64,000 bases of DNA from Lytechinus pictus (taxonomy: Eukaryota). Numbering within the stretch: the stretch's first letter is position 1; each line of letters opens with the position of its first letter. A model generated the notes under the pieces. It had not been told where the DNA came from, searched no databases, and worked only from the letters and a program-made list of their open reading frames with translations. Shown piece after piece: positions 1-12,319 of this stretch. A program made the position numbers and the translations under genes. The stretch covers positions 49,539,358-49,603,357 of the forward strand of contig NC_087251.1 in the NCBI RefSeq assembly GCF_037042905.1. Direction: 5' to 3'.

Positions 1-416
1 TCAGCTATCGTATTATGAAAGATTCTAAAATAAAAGGACCGTCAGTTGGGTATCTATTGTGCATCTAAAAAATTATTCTTATGTAAAAATATTGCAGACC
101 AGTCAACTTCGTTCCTATCTAGACCAAGATGTATACCTTTATTGTAAATTCATGGTGCAATTAAGTTTTTTAAACTACCATGCATGTATGTATTATTTGT
201 GATTTTTATTAATAAAACCATTTCTATCTATTGTTTAATACTATATATATAGGGTTCGGTCAAGTTTGGTACTGTAAAAAATGAAATATTGTATAATTCA
301 AACAAGATAAAAACAAAAGAAATAGTGAGTGAAAGACATCATCGACCGTCTCATTCCCATGTCCCTGAATTGTGCATTTCACTGTTTTCTAAAAAATAAG
401 CGATTTTTTTTTTTAA

Positions 417-956
417 AGGGATGGTCCGGGCTGAAAATGATTACATCTAAATGTATAGTAAAATTCACAGAGCAAAATGCTGAACATTCATCGAAAACAG
501 TTACATGCACATCGTCATGAATATTCATTAGGTGGGCTGATGATGTCACATCCCTACTTTCCTTTTTCTTATGTTATACATGAAATCATGAATGTTTCAT
601 AATGACATTTCTGTACATGACGTGTCTCCATTATGATGAAATAAGTTGCGGCAATAACCAACTAATGCACTTAATCAGTTGTCAATCCAATTGTTTTAGT
701 TCTTGGTAGAAACATTTTGAACAAACCTTATTTAATATGATAACATACAAAAGAACAAGTGGGGATCATCAGCCCACCTAATGAATATTCATAAAGTCAT
801 GCCTAGAACTGTTTCACCGGAATAATGCAAATCTTTAAAATTCAATAACTTTGTTATTATCCGATTTTGATCAAAATTGTAAGCATTTTGCTTTGTGAAT
901 TTTACTCTATACTTGTATTTATTGAGATATAAATATTTCCAGCCTGAACCATCCCT
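417..956. mobile_element. Non-autonomous Kolobok/T2-like MITE (family B), nested in a fragment of family A MITE (~300-1050)
   Basis: TTAA|AGGGATGGTCCGGGCTG...CAGCCTGAACCATCCCT|TTAA: TIRs with AGG/CCT termini and a TTAA duplication. The flanks join into family A sequence at its internal TTAA. Confidence 0.8.
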
Positions 957-1449
957 TTAAAACGTCGTACTTTCTTATTTTACATCCGATTGTGATGAAA
1001 TTTTCAGCGTTACACTAGTTTGATTTTATTCAAATAAACATTTTCTGGGGGGGGGGGGCTTTAGCTTTATAAAACATAATTAGTCTTCATTTTTACACCC
1101 TAGCAAATTTGACCCTATACACGTAGCTTTCCTAGCGAAAATAGATACCCTTTTTTCACTATTCTAGTGTTTTTGACACCCTTATTTAATTACGTTACGT
1201 ACGTAACGTGCCCTATCTTAAAAAAGACATCCCTTTTTACGTGTTTTTTTGGTCGCACAAGGTATCCACTCGTCGATGTAAGTGCCCCCCCCCCCCCGGG
1301 ATAAAGTCTTGCAACTTGTACCGTCGCAAGAAATACACATCCACTGGTAGTAAACATTCCACCCTCGAATTTCCTCCTTATTTTTTATGAATTGTTTTAA
1401 AGTGCCACTTTAACACACGAGTCTATGGGAAGTAAATTATGCCTGTGAT

Positions 1450-2610
1450 CAGTGGCGTAACTACGGGGGGGGGGGGCGGCATGGGGGTCACGTGCCCCCT
1501 CCCCATCGGGGAAAAGGAGAAAAAGATGGAGAAAGGAAGAGAAACGTGGGAAAGAAGAAATTATTGCTCATTATAATTTTATATTCTATTATAACTATGT
1601 TATATTACATAAAAAAATATTTTTTCATATCTTCATTATCTATCATAATTTGCTCAGGGCCTATATGTCTTCATTGTTCCTGGTGCTCGTATTGTCTGTT
1701 TAACGAGATATACAATCCTTTTGTGCTAAAGCCTTCCGTTTTCAAGTCAATATACATATAAATATTTTTCCTCGCATTTCGAGTTATTGTTTTATGTAGT
1801 TTCTTTTTCATGACAACTTAAAGCGATTGCCTCATTCTAAGGTCTTCATAATAAATATAAAACATTTCCTGTCCGTGCTCACGTTTGCAATATAGTGGAT
1901 TGGTGAGATTATGTCTGATCTTCATGAATTCCTTAAAATCAGTCCTTAAAATGTCCCCTTTTCTGATCTGAATATCAAAAATTTTCAGCTCGCGCTTCGC
2001 GCTCGCATAATTTAGTTAGTGAATTAGGTATGGTCTTAGTGAATTCCTACAAACAAGCCTTAGAATGTCCCTTATCGGGTCTGAATTTCCTAAATTTTCA
2101 GCTCGGGCTTCGCACTCACAATATTTGATTTGTGAGATGCCTAATGAAAATCATGATTACAATGACTACAAAAAGTAATTCATGTGTTTAGATGTAATTC
2201 TAAGAAAATCAGCAAGCGCTTGGCACTCGCTTAGATGACTATGGTGTGATAAGTATACTCTTAATGGATTCCTTAAAAAATAGTCCTTAAAATATGCCTG
2301 TTTGGGGTCAATATATACAAAAATTTCAGCTCGCGCTTCACGCTCGCGTTGTTTGTTTAGCGAGACATGTACGTATCATATCAAAAATTTGCTTATAATG
2401 TCCCTCTTTTAGGTCTGAATATCAAAAAATTTAAGCTCGCGCTTAGCGCTCGCATTATTTGATCAGTGAGATACATATCTGTTAAATGGCATTGTCCTTA
2501 AAATGTATATTAGGTCAGTATACGTTGCAAATGAGCGCGCGAAACTCAAAATTTTTGCTGGTGCCGCCCCCCCCCCCCCCCCCCATGCCGTGACCCACGG
2601 TACGCCACTG
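1450..2610. mobile_element. hAT-like non-autonomous element with internal GCTCGCGCTTCGCGCTCGC repeats
   Basis: TIRs CAGTGGCGTA...TACGCCACTG with subterminal poly-G/poly-C. The TSD is only degenerate (cctgtgat vs cctg[catg]tgat). Confidence 0.6.
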
Positions 2611-3625
2611 CCTGCATGTGATACCTATTGATGCTTTGTATTTCGCTGACCCGAGAGAGGTGAAGAGACTGCATGGGAACTTCGAAGCTATTATACTCAG
2701 GGCTGCGAAAAGGAATGCAAAAAAGTTACGAATTACGAAAACTTTAAATAATGCGATCAAAATACCACAAACGACCTCCTAATGACAATCTGCGAACAAT
2801 CATCCATGTTTTGAAAAAATCCAGCTCGATTGAGTGAAAAACCACGGAGAAAAGCGCCGTCAAACAAACAGGACACGCAAGATTAGCCAAATTATAGTAA
2901 GGAATAAGTTGAGCAAAGCCTTTTGAAGTTATTTCTGATCGATGAAATACATTCAGGCTTTACATTTCCGCGAGCGAGCGTAGCGTGCGAGCGGTTTTGG
3001 AAAAAAAATCAAATCTGAAGTTGTGAAACTCGCGTTTTGGTCAATATTATGACGCAAACTTGTTAAAGGGGCATCCTTGCGAGATATTGCGAGCGCGATT
3101 CGCGAGCTCAAACTTTTGGACATTTCATATAATAAGACCTGAAGATTAAACATTCCGAACAGCTTAGGCCCTACTGACCAGAAAAGGAAGCTGGTAAGGA
3201 CTACATTCGATATCTCTTTATTTTATTCTATAGCGAGATATGCACTTGCATGTTCATTTGTTCATAATAAAAAAAAAAATTGAATATAAAAAACAACAAC
3301 TTGTGCTACGCGCTTGCATTATTTACTAGTATTTGGTGACATATCATCTTTGCGAGTCACTGCAAACAGTCCTTAACGATGTTAACAGGTCCCTTATAAT
3401 TATGGTCAGCATATTAACAATTTTGTTTACGCTTCGCACTCGATTTTGTGAACTGCATGGAAAAAAATCCTGTCCTCCTTTGCCTCCCTCCAAATGTTTT
3501 GTGTTTTTTTTTTCCTTAACCGTTTAAACTGAAACCCATAAAAAGAAAATCCACAAAGTTGACCAAATCCAGTTTCAATCGGTATATGCAAAGATGCGTG
3601 TTTCATTACTTGTTTTTTGCTTTTA

Positions 3626-4549
3626 CAGGGGCAGCAGAGCCGGGGAGGGGGCACTTGCCACCCCCCCTAAAAAAAATGCCCAGTAGGAAAAGAATGTCCT
3701 TTTTTCAAAATGGAAAGTGCCTTTTTTTTTCAAAATGAAATGTGCCCTTTTTCAAATCAAAATACTTTTTTTATAATAAATAAAATTACCCTTTTGGCTC
3801 GCGCTTCGCATCAATATTGTCTAGTATAAGGTACTCATCTTGATCTTGGTTACAAAAATGCATAGAATGTCCAGTTTTTAGGTTGGAACATCACAAATTT
3901 TCAGCTCGCGCTCGCATTATCCGATTGGTGAGATAATAATCCTATACTCTTCAGTCAATAACTTACCAGCTTCCTTTTCTCGTCAGTAGAGCCTATAGGC
4001 TATATTAACAAATTTCAGTTCGCGCTTCGCGCTCGCATCAATTCTTAGTTAAATACACATCACCTAGGATAAGAAAAAATGTTCGGAATGTTTAATTTTC
4101 AGGTGTACATAAAAATAATGTCCAAAAGTTTGAGCTCCCAATTCGCCTCGCAATATCTCGCAAGGGTGCATATTTTAATTGTGATGTGCGCTATACAAGA
4201 ACTGTTTATTATTATTATTATTATTAACAATAATTTGCGCCATGGCCAAAAAGCGAGTTTCACAACTTCAGATTTGAAATGTTTTCCAAATCGCTGGCAC
4301 GCTACGCTCGCTGGCGGAAAATAAAGCCTACATCAATCAGAAATAACTTCAAAAGGCTTTGCTCAACTTAATTTCTAGAATACACACAGCTACTTGACGC
4401 AGATGATAATCTCCTGGTAAAAATATCCGTTTGCATCAAAAGCCCCATTTTGACATACTACTTTTATGTCAGAATTAATGGGCATTTTGATGAAACAAGT
4501 GCCCTTTTTGGCTTTGCCCCCCAAACAAAAATACGTTTCGCCGCCCCTG
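3626..4549. mobile_element. hAT-like non-autonomous element, degraded
   Basis: Ends CAGGGGC...GCCCCTG and the same GCTCGCGC repeat motif; no TSD found. Confidence 0.4.
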
Positions 4550-5423
4550 ATGCAATCCACTCCCTCACTCAGGAAAGTTTCTACGGGGGCATCTAAAAAT
4601 AACTAATAATATTATTGTGCCCCGATTGGTTGACTCCAACATGTCCAATTGGAGTTCAGGGAACATTGTATGGCATGCATCTTCTGATCAATCCTTTTTT
4701 ACACTGTGGGAACCGATGAAAAATCAGAGAAAGCTAATCTCGAATCGCGAGAATAATGTGCAAATTGACTTGAACACTGGATTTTTAATATATAGCGGTC
4801 GAGTTATTTTCTCAACAAAAGTCATATCCTATACATATTCAATGCACTTTTGATAAAAGTTCAGTTTTACGGTATAATCAAGTATTCTTATATTCGTGAT
4901 GCATGGTTGAAGTATATAGGGATATTAATTTTGAAAAAAAAATTACAAGGCAGACTATGGTATTGCAGAGGATCATAGATTTGCTATACTCGCATTAATG
5001 TATTTCAGTGCATTTATTGTTTTGCGAGGGAGCGTGTAGCGACGGACAGAGCTAGAAAATTTTCGAATTTGAATAGTAAAAGCTTTAATTTTAGAGCATC
5101 AGGCGACATGAATGGAATACTGCATTACTCAATACATATGAAATGGTCTACAAACTTTTTGTTCTTTGCATGGTCGAAAATTTTTAGGGGCTTCAGCGAT
5201 TTGTTTCATTTGTTTTTTTTTTTTTTTTTTTTTTTTGGGGGGGGGGGCACTTGCGTAAATCGTCTAAGGGGGATATCCCCCACTTGAATAGTATTACGTC
5301 ACTCATTTACGACCGTGGTGAGGGCTTCAAGGCCCATAGAACCACACCTGTAGAAACACCTTTTTCATTTTCGAGCGCGGAACGAACCGAGGCAAAGCTT
5401 ATAGTGGCAACCCCTGCAACATT

Positions 5424-6005
5424 GGTTCCACCCCATCGTGATTTGAATAAATAAAGAAAAATCAAACTAGCAAAACGCTAAAAAAATTCATCAAAATCGG
5501 ATGTAAAATATTAATGATGTGACATTTTAAAGTTTCGTTTATTTTTCACAAAAATATATGCAAATCCCAGTGACACGCAAAATTAATGAGACAGCCGATG
5601 TTGTCTATCACTCACTATTTATTTTATTTTTATTGTACGTTTGAATTATACAATATTTTTTACAGATTTGACAATAAGGACCAACTGATCTGAACCATAA
5701 TATTATTGAAACAATGCTAATTCCACATGTTTAGGGAGGAATTAATCATTGTTTCACTTGACAATGAGGAGAAGATTTGATATTTCATTATAATAAAATA
5801 CAAAGAAATAGTGAGTGGATGACGTCATCAGTCTCCCCATTTGCATACCAACCAGAATGTGCAACTGTTTTGTGGAATTAAGCGAAACTTTAAAATGTCA
5901 TAACTTTCTTATCTACACCCGATTTTGATGAAATTTTCAGTGTTATGCGTGTTGGATTTTTCTCTTTTTATTCAAATCAACTTATGATTGGGGTGGACTT
6001 GTCCT
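5424..6005. mobile_element. Kolobok/T2-like MITE (family A), degraded left end
   Basis: Colinear with the intact copies at 11689-12294 and 35549-36151; right TIR GGGGTGGACTTGTCCT. Confidence 0.8.
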
Positions 6006-6296
6006 ATAGGAAATACAACCATGTTATATACACTTTTTTATTTTTTGTACTGTACAATGTATTTTCTTTGTTATTTTGTATAAAGTTGGAACATTAATTT
6101 AATGAAATGAAAAACATATGTTTTGGAATGACAGGTTTGAGATAACGAGCGCATACCAAAATTTGATTAAAAAGCACGTAATGTTTATATACAAAGTATA
6201 TGGTATATCCTTGTTACCCGACACCCATGTAGCAAGACCACGATAGTATATAGTTTCCGCCTTGGCCTGATCCGGACTTTGGAAACGAAACGAGAT

Positions 6297-6431
6297 ATTT
6301 GCATATACCGCCATCAAACGGATCGCTGGGTCGTAATTAGAAACCAGTGCGGGCGGGCGGGCGTTTACCAACAAAGAGCGGAGCGGAGTTCGTTCGTATA
6401 AATAGCTCGGAACCCCTCGTACCAATCAGTT
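6297..6431 (+). promoter_or_regulatory. Histone H2B promoter: octamer, GC box, TATA, initiator
   Basis: ATTTGCAT at 6297-6304, GGGCGG repeats ~6351-6362, TATAAATA at 6397-6404 and TCAGTT at 6426-6431, about 30 nt after TATA. Confidence 0.8.
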
Positions 6432-6466
6432 CATCTTCTCATCACGATTAGGGACGAACAACCATC

Positions 6467-6838
6467 ATGCCTGCCAAAGCACAGACCGCTGGAAAGAAGG
6501 GATCCAAGAAGGCTAAGGCCCCCAGGCCTAGCGGAGACAAGAAGAGGAGGAGGAAGCGAAAGGAAAGCTACGGAATCTACATCTACAAGGTTCTGAAGCA
6601 GGTCCATCCCGACACTGGTATCTCAAGCCGTGCCATGTCCATCATGAACAGCTTCGTCAACGATGTCTTCGAACGTATTGCCGGTGAGGCTTCCCGTCTT
6701 GCCCACTACAACAAGAAGTCCACCATCAGCAGCCGTGAGGTCCAGACCGCTGTCCGTCTCCTCCTCCCCGGTGAATTGGCCAAGCACGCCGTCTCTGAGG
6801 GCACCAAGGCTGTTACCAAGTACACCACCTCCAAGTAA
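6467..6838 (+). CDS. H2B: Histone H2B, sea-urchin late-type, intronless, 123 aa
   Basis: Intact [57 protein letters not shown]...[17 protein letters not shown] with the canonical H2B fold sequence. Confidence 0.99.
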   Translation: MPAKAQTAGKKGSKKAKAPRPSGDKKRRRKRKESYGIYIYKVLKQVHPDTGISSRAMSIMNSFVNDVFERIAGEASRLAHYNKKSTISSREVQTAVRLLLPGELAKHAVSEGTKAVTKYTTSK

Positions 6839-6868
6839 ATTTGGTTCGCGCCACATTTGCTACAAAAC

Positions 6869-6903
6869 GGCTCTTTTTAGAGCCACCAAATATACAAGAA
6901 AGA
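6869..6903 (+). terminator. Histone 3' stem-loop plus U7 snRNA-binding downstream element
   Basis: GGCTCT-TTTT-AGAGCC (6869-6884), then ACCA, a 6-nt spacer and CAAGAAAGA (6895-6903), the known sea-urchin element. Confidence 0.97.
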
Positions 6904-7638
6904 TACTCTAGATTTGCTCATTTTACTTTCAGAAATTGGCATTTATTTTCATATTGAATTTATTGGACCAGATAAAAATGCTGCCATCCAGTGTATAAAC
7001 AACAATCTGATTTATGTTTCATTAAATTATGTGCCCTGTAATTATTTCCAAATGAGTCCAACTCTAATCCAGGAATTACCTACATCGAAAGGTTAATACT
7101 GTGTTTTTCATTTATATTTGGAAATTTCTCATGGTCGCTCTCCCATACAGCAGGGCCCACCTTTTTTTTAGGGGGTACTTTTTCATTTTTTTAAATCTCT
7201 GTCCGCCTTAATACTATACATTGGATACTCACGCAAAGCAACAGCTTTCTAACATACCAGTGGCGTAACAGGCGGGGTTGGAAGCAGTCTTGACACCCCC
7301 CCCCCCCCTAGCGGAGCTCACAGGGAAAATAAATAAAAAAGGAAAAGGGGGGGGGGGGAAACGAGAAAGAAAAAGGGGAAGGGAAGAAAAGGGAAATAAT
7401 ATTAAAGAGGAGAAAGGCAAAACGAAAGGAAAGACGAAAGAGGAAGATAAGAGAAACATGTGAGACTGGGAATGATCATCCCGAAATACGTGAGAAAGGG
7501 GGAATACATTAAGAGATAACAAAATATGGAACGGAAATTTATGGCGCAAAGGGAAAGAAAAGAGGCAAAAAGAAACGGGGAAAAGAGGAAGAATGGAATG
7601 AGTTAAAATGCTATAGGGAAAAGGGGGGGGGGGAATCT

Positions 7639-8490
7639 AGGACAAGTCCACCCCAACAAAAAGTTTATTTGAATAAAAATAGAAAAATCCAACTAGCATA
7701 ACACTGAAAAATTCATCAAAGTCGGTTGTTAAAGATCAAGTCCACCCCAGAAAATGTTGATTTTAATAAATAGAGAAAAAATCAAACAAGCATAACACTG
7801 AAAATTTCATCAAAATCGGATTTAAAATAAGGAAGTTATGACATTTTAAAGTTTCGCTTATTTTCACAAAACAGTTATATGCACAACTCAGTGACATGCA
7901 AATGAGGGAGTCGATGATGTCCATCACATAAAAAAAAAAGGTTATCAACCCAAAATTTAGGGAGGGATGCAAAACAAAAGAAATAATCTGACAAGCAAAA
8001 AAAAGAAGGTTATCAACCAGAATTTTAGGGCGGACCACAACAATTTTAGGGGGGTCCACCTGAATTTAGGGGGCTTGCAGGAAATAAAATTGACAAGCAA
8101 AAAGAACAAAAAGGTTATCAACATAAATTTTGGGGGGTCTGTCCCCCCACCTAAAATTTAGGGGGGACAGGACCCCCCCCCCCCCCCCCCCCGCTTCCGC
8201 TGCCTATACTATGAACAAACTGGGGAGAGGATAATTGAAGAGGGTCGATCGATGTGACGGAGGGAGAGAGAGAGAGAGAGAGAGAGACTCTTAAAGGGTG
8301 AGTCCACCTCATGGAAAAGATTATTTGAATAGAGAAAAAAAACCACACAATAATGCTGAAAATTTAATCAAAATCAGAAGTAAAATATGAAAGTTATGAT
8401 ATTTAAAGTTTTACTTAAGCGATGAATTTTTCGGTGTTATGCTTGTTTGATTTTTTTTTTTTTTGGGGGGGGGGGTGGTGGACTTAAATA
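7639..8490. mobile_element. Cluster of partial family A MITE arms and other repeat fragments
   Basis: Repeated left-arm sequence (G/T)CAAGTCCACCCC..AAAA at ~7640 and ~7735, and a related arm at ~8295. Confidence 0.6.
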
Positions 8491-9639
8491 AAAGGGGGTT
8501 TCAAGCCCAGTGTTATAAGCCTACATAACCTAGAAAGTCCTCGCCCTATCCCTAAGTTGTTATATGGCAAACCTCCAAAATACCCCTGACAAGTCAAGGA
8601 TTTCATCCATTCTTCCTTAGGTGAGAAAAACACCAACCCCTTCAAAATTATGTTTCCGAAATGTACTGGGAAAGTACCATGGTTTCAAGAAAATTGCGAA
8701 TTCTGGCACCTTAAATATATGAAGTTTTGTATGGAAAGCAATGAGAGCTTCAGTGTGCAGACAGCTAGCGTATCGCTCACAATGCACATGCTATAGTGGA
8801 GCGATCGCGTTCCTTTTGGGGGAACTGGTATATGGCGGACAATAGAACTCGCGGGCTTCAAACAAAGGACCCTCCCGGCATATCCAGTTAGTGGAGAGAT
8901 CAGTGGGTCCAACCCATAGAGATATACATCTCTATGGTCCAACCCCGATTCAAACCTGTGTAACAAAACCCGCAAGTTGGCAGTATACAACACCATGCCG
9001 TGGCGCTCGAGCTGATGAGTTACTAGTACGTATACGAGTTCGAAAGCATCTCACTGCAAAAAAGGGAAAGTAAGAAGGGAAAAGGAAAAAAAATGAAGAG
9101 GAGAAGAAAGAGACCATGTCGGAATGTCCCCCACTACCCCAAGAACAAAATAACGAAGATGAAAAAGGAAAAAAATGAATATGATGATTAGGCCTACGTG
9201 ACACTGACATAATTATCATTGTGAGCTAGCTTTTGTCGCAATTTTATGAATCTGGAAGCCTAAAAAGTCTTTGCCTCCTCCTCTTATACCACATTAGGAA
9301 TGCAAATAGAAAGATGAAGGTGGGCCTTTTGGTGGCAAAGGGGGGGGGGGTGGGACAGAAGATATAAAAAGAGGACAAAGGAGTGATCAGGGGTCGGTGG
9401 CCGGTGGGGGGGGGGGGGGACGGGAGCCAAAAGTTTCCCGATCATAAACTGATAATGGTATAAACAGGCAGTGGCTTATGAGGCAAACATTTTTTAGGGG
9501 CAAGAAACAGGTGTATCAGGCAAAATTTATTTCTTGAAAAGAAAGTTACGAGCGAAGTGATCGAGCAAAAAATTTGAGTTTCATTACCTCAAAAGTAGAA
9601 AATGTTGATAGATTTGATTATCGAAAAGATAATATTAAG

Positions 9640-10950
9640 TATTTAAAACTTATGTGTAATGAATATAATCAATGTGGTCATCAAATATATTAATGGCCGA
9701 TCTATACAATTATTCTCTGGCTCAAAAAATGCATTGGCTAATGTGTCTTCTTGATGCTTTGGAAATCCAATTGTGCTCATGTCAGGAGCATTGGATTTCC
9801 AAAGCATATCTCTATGTGTTTTGCAATCATTGGGTAACACACAAATAGCAGATTCTTTGCGTGTTTGGTATATGTATCGAGAATATGCTACTTCAATTGT
9901 TGATCTTAAATTTTCTGAACTGGGCCCATGTCAGTCTTTGTGGTTTAACAAAAATATTTGATCAAAATCAAAGAAATACTTTTATAGTGACACTTTGAGA
10001 TTTAATAATACCTTTACGATTTCTGATTTTCTTAATCCACCGTTTCCAGGTCACAAGATATTTAAGGAAGTGGTCTTGGATTTCAATATTCCTCATAAGG
10101 AGCGCAGAAAATTCAATTTCTTGGTTAAAAATACCTGAAGAGACAGTGGCCGCGGATCCAAGTTCTGAAAATGCTGATATTTCATTCATTCATTTCATGG
10201 TTTATTTATTTCCAGTAAAACAGTCATATACATACTGCAGCTAAAAAGCTGAAATGTATGTATTTACAAAGGCATAACAATTGCACATATAGCATAAAAC
10301 AATTATGTAATAATGATAAAACTAATGGTACATAAAAAAATTCCAGTATACAATGAAATTACAAATGAAAATATACACTTTACGAGTTTTTAAGAAGATC
10401 AATCAAATACGGTATTGCACTGTTTAAAACGGGAGGTCCTGCATTTGTATTGCAAATACTTTTGTTTATATTTATAGTATGTTAATTGATCAATATTATT
10501 GTTAACCATTAAAACGTTATCCGGGGTTATATTTACATCATTCTCTGTGTCAAACAGTCCCCTATTAAATCTTATGATATACAAGGATGCGATCTTTTTA
10601 TTTCGAAATTTTTCACATGTGTATTGCCCTAAATAAGTTTATTTTTAAATTAAACGGAAGTACTCCCCAAAGTGCAAATTTTGTAATTAATTTGAAGTAA
10701 CTATGGTTCACATTATTTTTGCAATTGTGAAGTAGTTCTCGGCTCCCCATTTTGACAACTGATACATACAATAATAAACATGATTTTAGTTTTACCATGA
10801 CCAATTTTGAAAACTGACTATTTGGAGTATCACTTGATAAGTTTTTGTCCTATTTATTTTTACTGGCTAAATATTATATATTTATTTGTAAATTCAAAGA
10901 TGTTTTACCAAACATCGAGGCCTTTAAATTGTTTGTTAAAAACATAAAGA
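9640..10950 (+). mobile_element. Degraded L1/Tx1-type ORF2 C-terminal fragments, interrupted by another insertion (~10180-10740)
   Basis: Translated pieces LMADLYNYSLAQKMHW, LWFNKNI*SKSKKYFY and FLLAKYYIFICKFKDVLPNIEAF resemble L1/Tx1 ORF2 C-terminal motifs; stops present. Confidence 0.55.
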
Positions 10951-11054
10951 CTTGGAATACTCCTCAGCATGGGCGGAAATCTCTCCTTGAAGGTATAAGG
11001 GGGGACACAATTGAGTTTTCCGTTTTTATGTTCTACAGAATTACTAACTCAAAC

Positions 11055-11125
11055 ATATATATATATATATACAGTATATATATATATATATCTATACACA
11101 TGTATATATGTATATTTACATGTAT

Positions 11126-11163
<38 letters not shown>

Positions 11164-11180
11164 ATATACATGTATGTATA
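11055..11180. repeat. (TA)n / TACATG-interrupted microsatellite; a second tract at ~11500-11545
   Basis: Direct reading of the sequence. Confidence 0.95.
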
Positions 11181-11328
11181 TAAATGTGTGAAGTTATACA
11201 TGTACAACAGCTTTGGCAACTCTTTTTATTTAAATATTAACCCGACAAAGGAAATTATAATTGGTATAGTGTCGAAAATATGTCTATCTGACGGTTAATC
11301 GGATCGGGGTCGCCCAAGCCACTAACCC

Positions 11329-11400
11329 GTCTCTGTGGTCTAGTGGTTAAGGCACCGGCGTTCAAAGCTGGGGGCCCGGGTTCGATTCCCGGCAGAGACA
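11329..11400 (+). tRNA. tRNA-like gene, 72 nt, anticodon TCA (opal-reading); function unknown, possibly repeat-borne
   Basis: Acceptor GTCTCTG/CAGAGAC, D stem GTCT/AGGC, anticodon stem CCGGC/GCTGG with loop GT-TCA-AA, 4-nt variable loop, T stem CCGGG/CCCGG with TTCGATT, A73, then TTTTT. Confidence 0.65.
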
Positions 11401-11506
11401 TTTTTCGGCATTACCAATTTTTCCAAAGGGTAGATAGCTCTGGGGAACCTTGATTTAAGCTACGCCTATACCATTGTTCTCTTCATCCATTTCTTTATTA
11501 CATGTA

Positions 11507-11537
<31 letters not shown>

Positions 11538-11688
11538 TTATATATTTCAAGAGGGGATGTATTCATATATAACTATAGATGAAAGGCCTCAATAAATAAT
11601 GCGAGCGCGAAGCGCGAGCCCAAATATGTTGATATTTCATATTGTGACCTGGAAATTGAACATTCTGAACATTCTTTGTAATCATTAA

Positions 11689-12294
11689 AGGTCAAGTCCA
11701 CCCCAGAAAAATGTTGATTTGAATAAATAGAGAAAAATCAAGGAAGCATCATGCTGAAAATTTCATCAAAATCGGATGTAAAATAAGAAAGTTATGATAT
11801 TTTAAATTTTCGCTTATTTTTCACAAAACAGTGATATGTACAACTCAGTGAAATGCAAATGAGACAGTCGATGATGTCCCTCACTCACTATTTCTTTTGT
11901 TTTTTATTGTTTGAATTATACAATATTTCATTTTTTACAGATTTGACAATAAGGACCAACTTGATTGAACCATATAGTATTAAACAATTCTAATTGCACA
12001 TGTTCAGGGAGGAATAAATCATTGTTTCACACGACAATAGGGCAAAAATGGGATATTTCATATTTCACATAATAAAATACAAAAAAAAGAAATAGTGAGT
12101 GAGTGATGTCATCAGTCTCCTCATTTGCATACCGACAAGGATGTGAATATAACTGTTTTGTGAAATTAAGCGAAACTTTAAAATATCATAACTTTCTTAT
12201 TTTGAATCTGATTTTGGTGAAATTTTCAGTGTTATGCTTGTTGGACTTTTCTCTTTTTATTCGAATCAACTTTTTGTTGGGGTGGACTTGTCCT
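11689..12294. mobile_element. Kolobok/T2-like MITE (family A), full length
   Basis: TTAA|AGGTCAAGTCCACCCC...GGGGTGGACTTGTCCT|TTAA with long imperfect inverted arms. Confidence 0.9.
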
Positions 12295-12319
12295 TTAACT
12301 AGATTCGAACCTACCTAAA

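Noticed and set aside
6099..6911. ORFs overlapping H2B and its promoter in other frames or strands
   Set aside because: Shadow ORFs of the histone gene with no recognisable motifs.
9968..10189. Minus-strand ORF with splice-like sites as an exon of an antisense gene
   Set aside because: Better explained as the reverse strand of an L1/Tx1 ORF2 fragment.
11329..11400. Selenocysteine tRNA, or tRNA-Glu(TTC)
   Set aside because: No long variable arm or Sec-type stem geometry. The TTC register breaks the anticodon stem and puts G at position 33.
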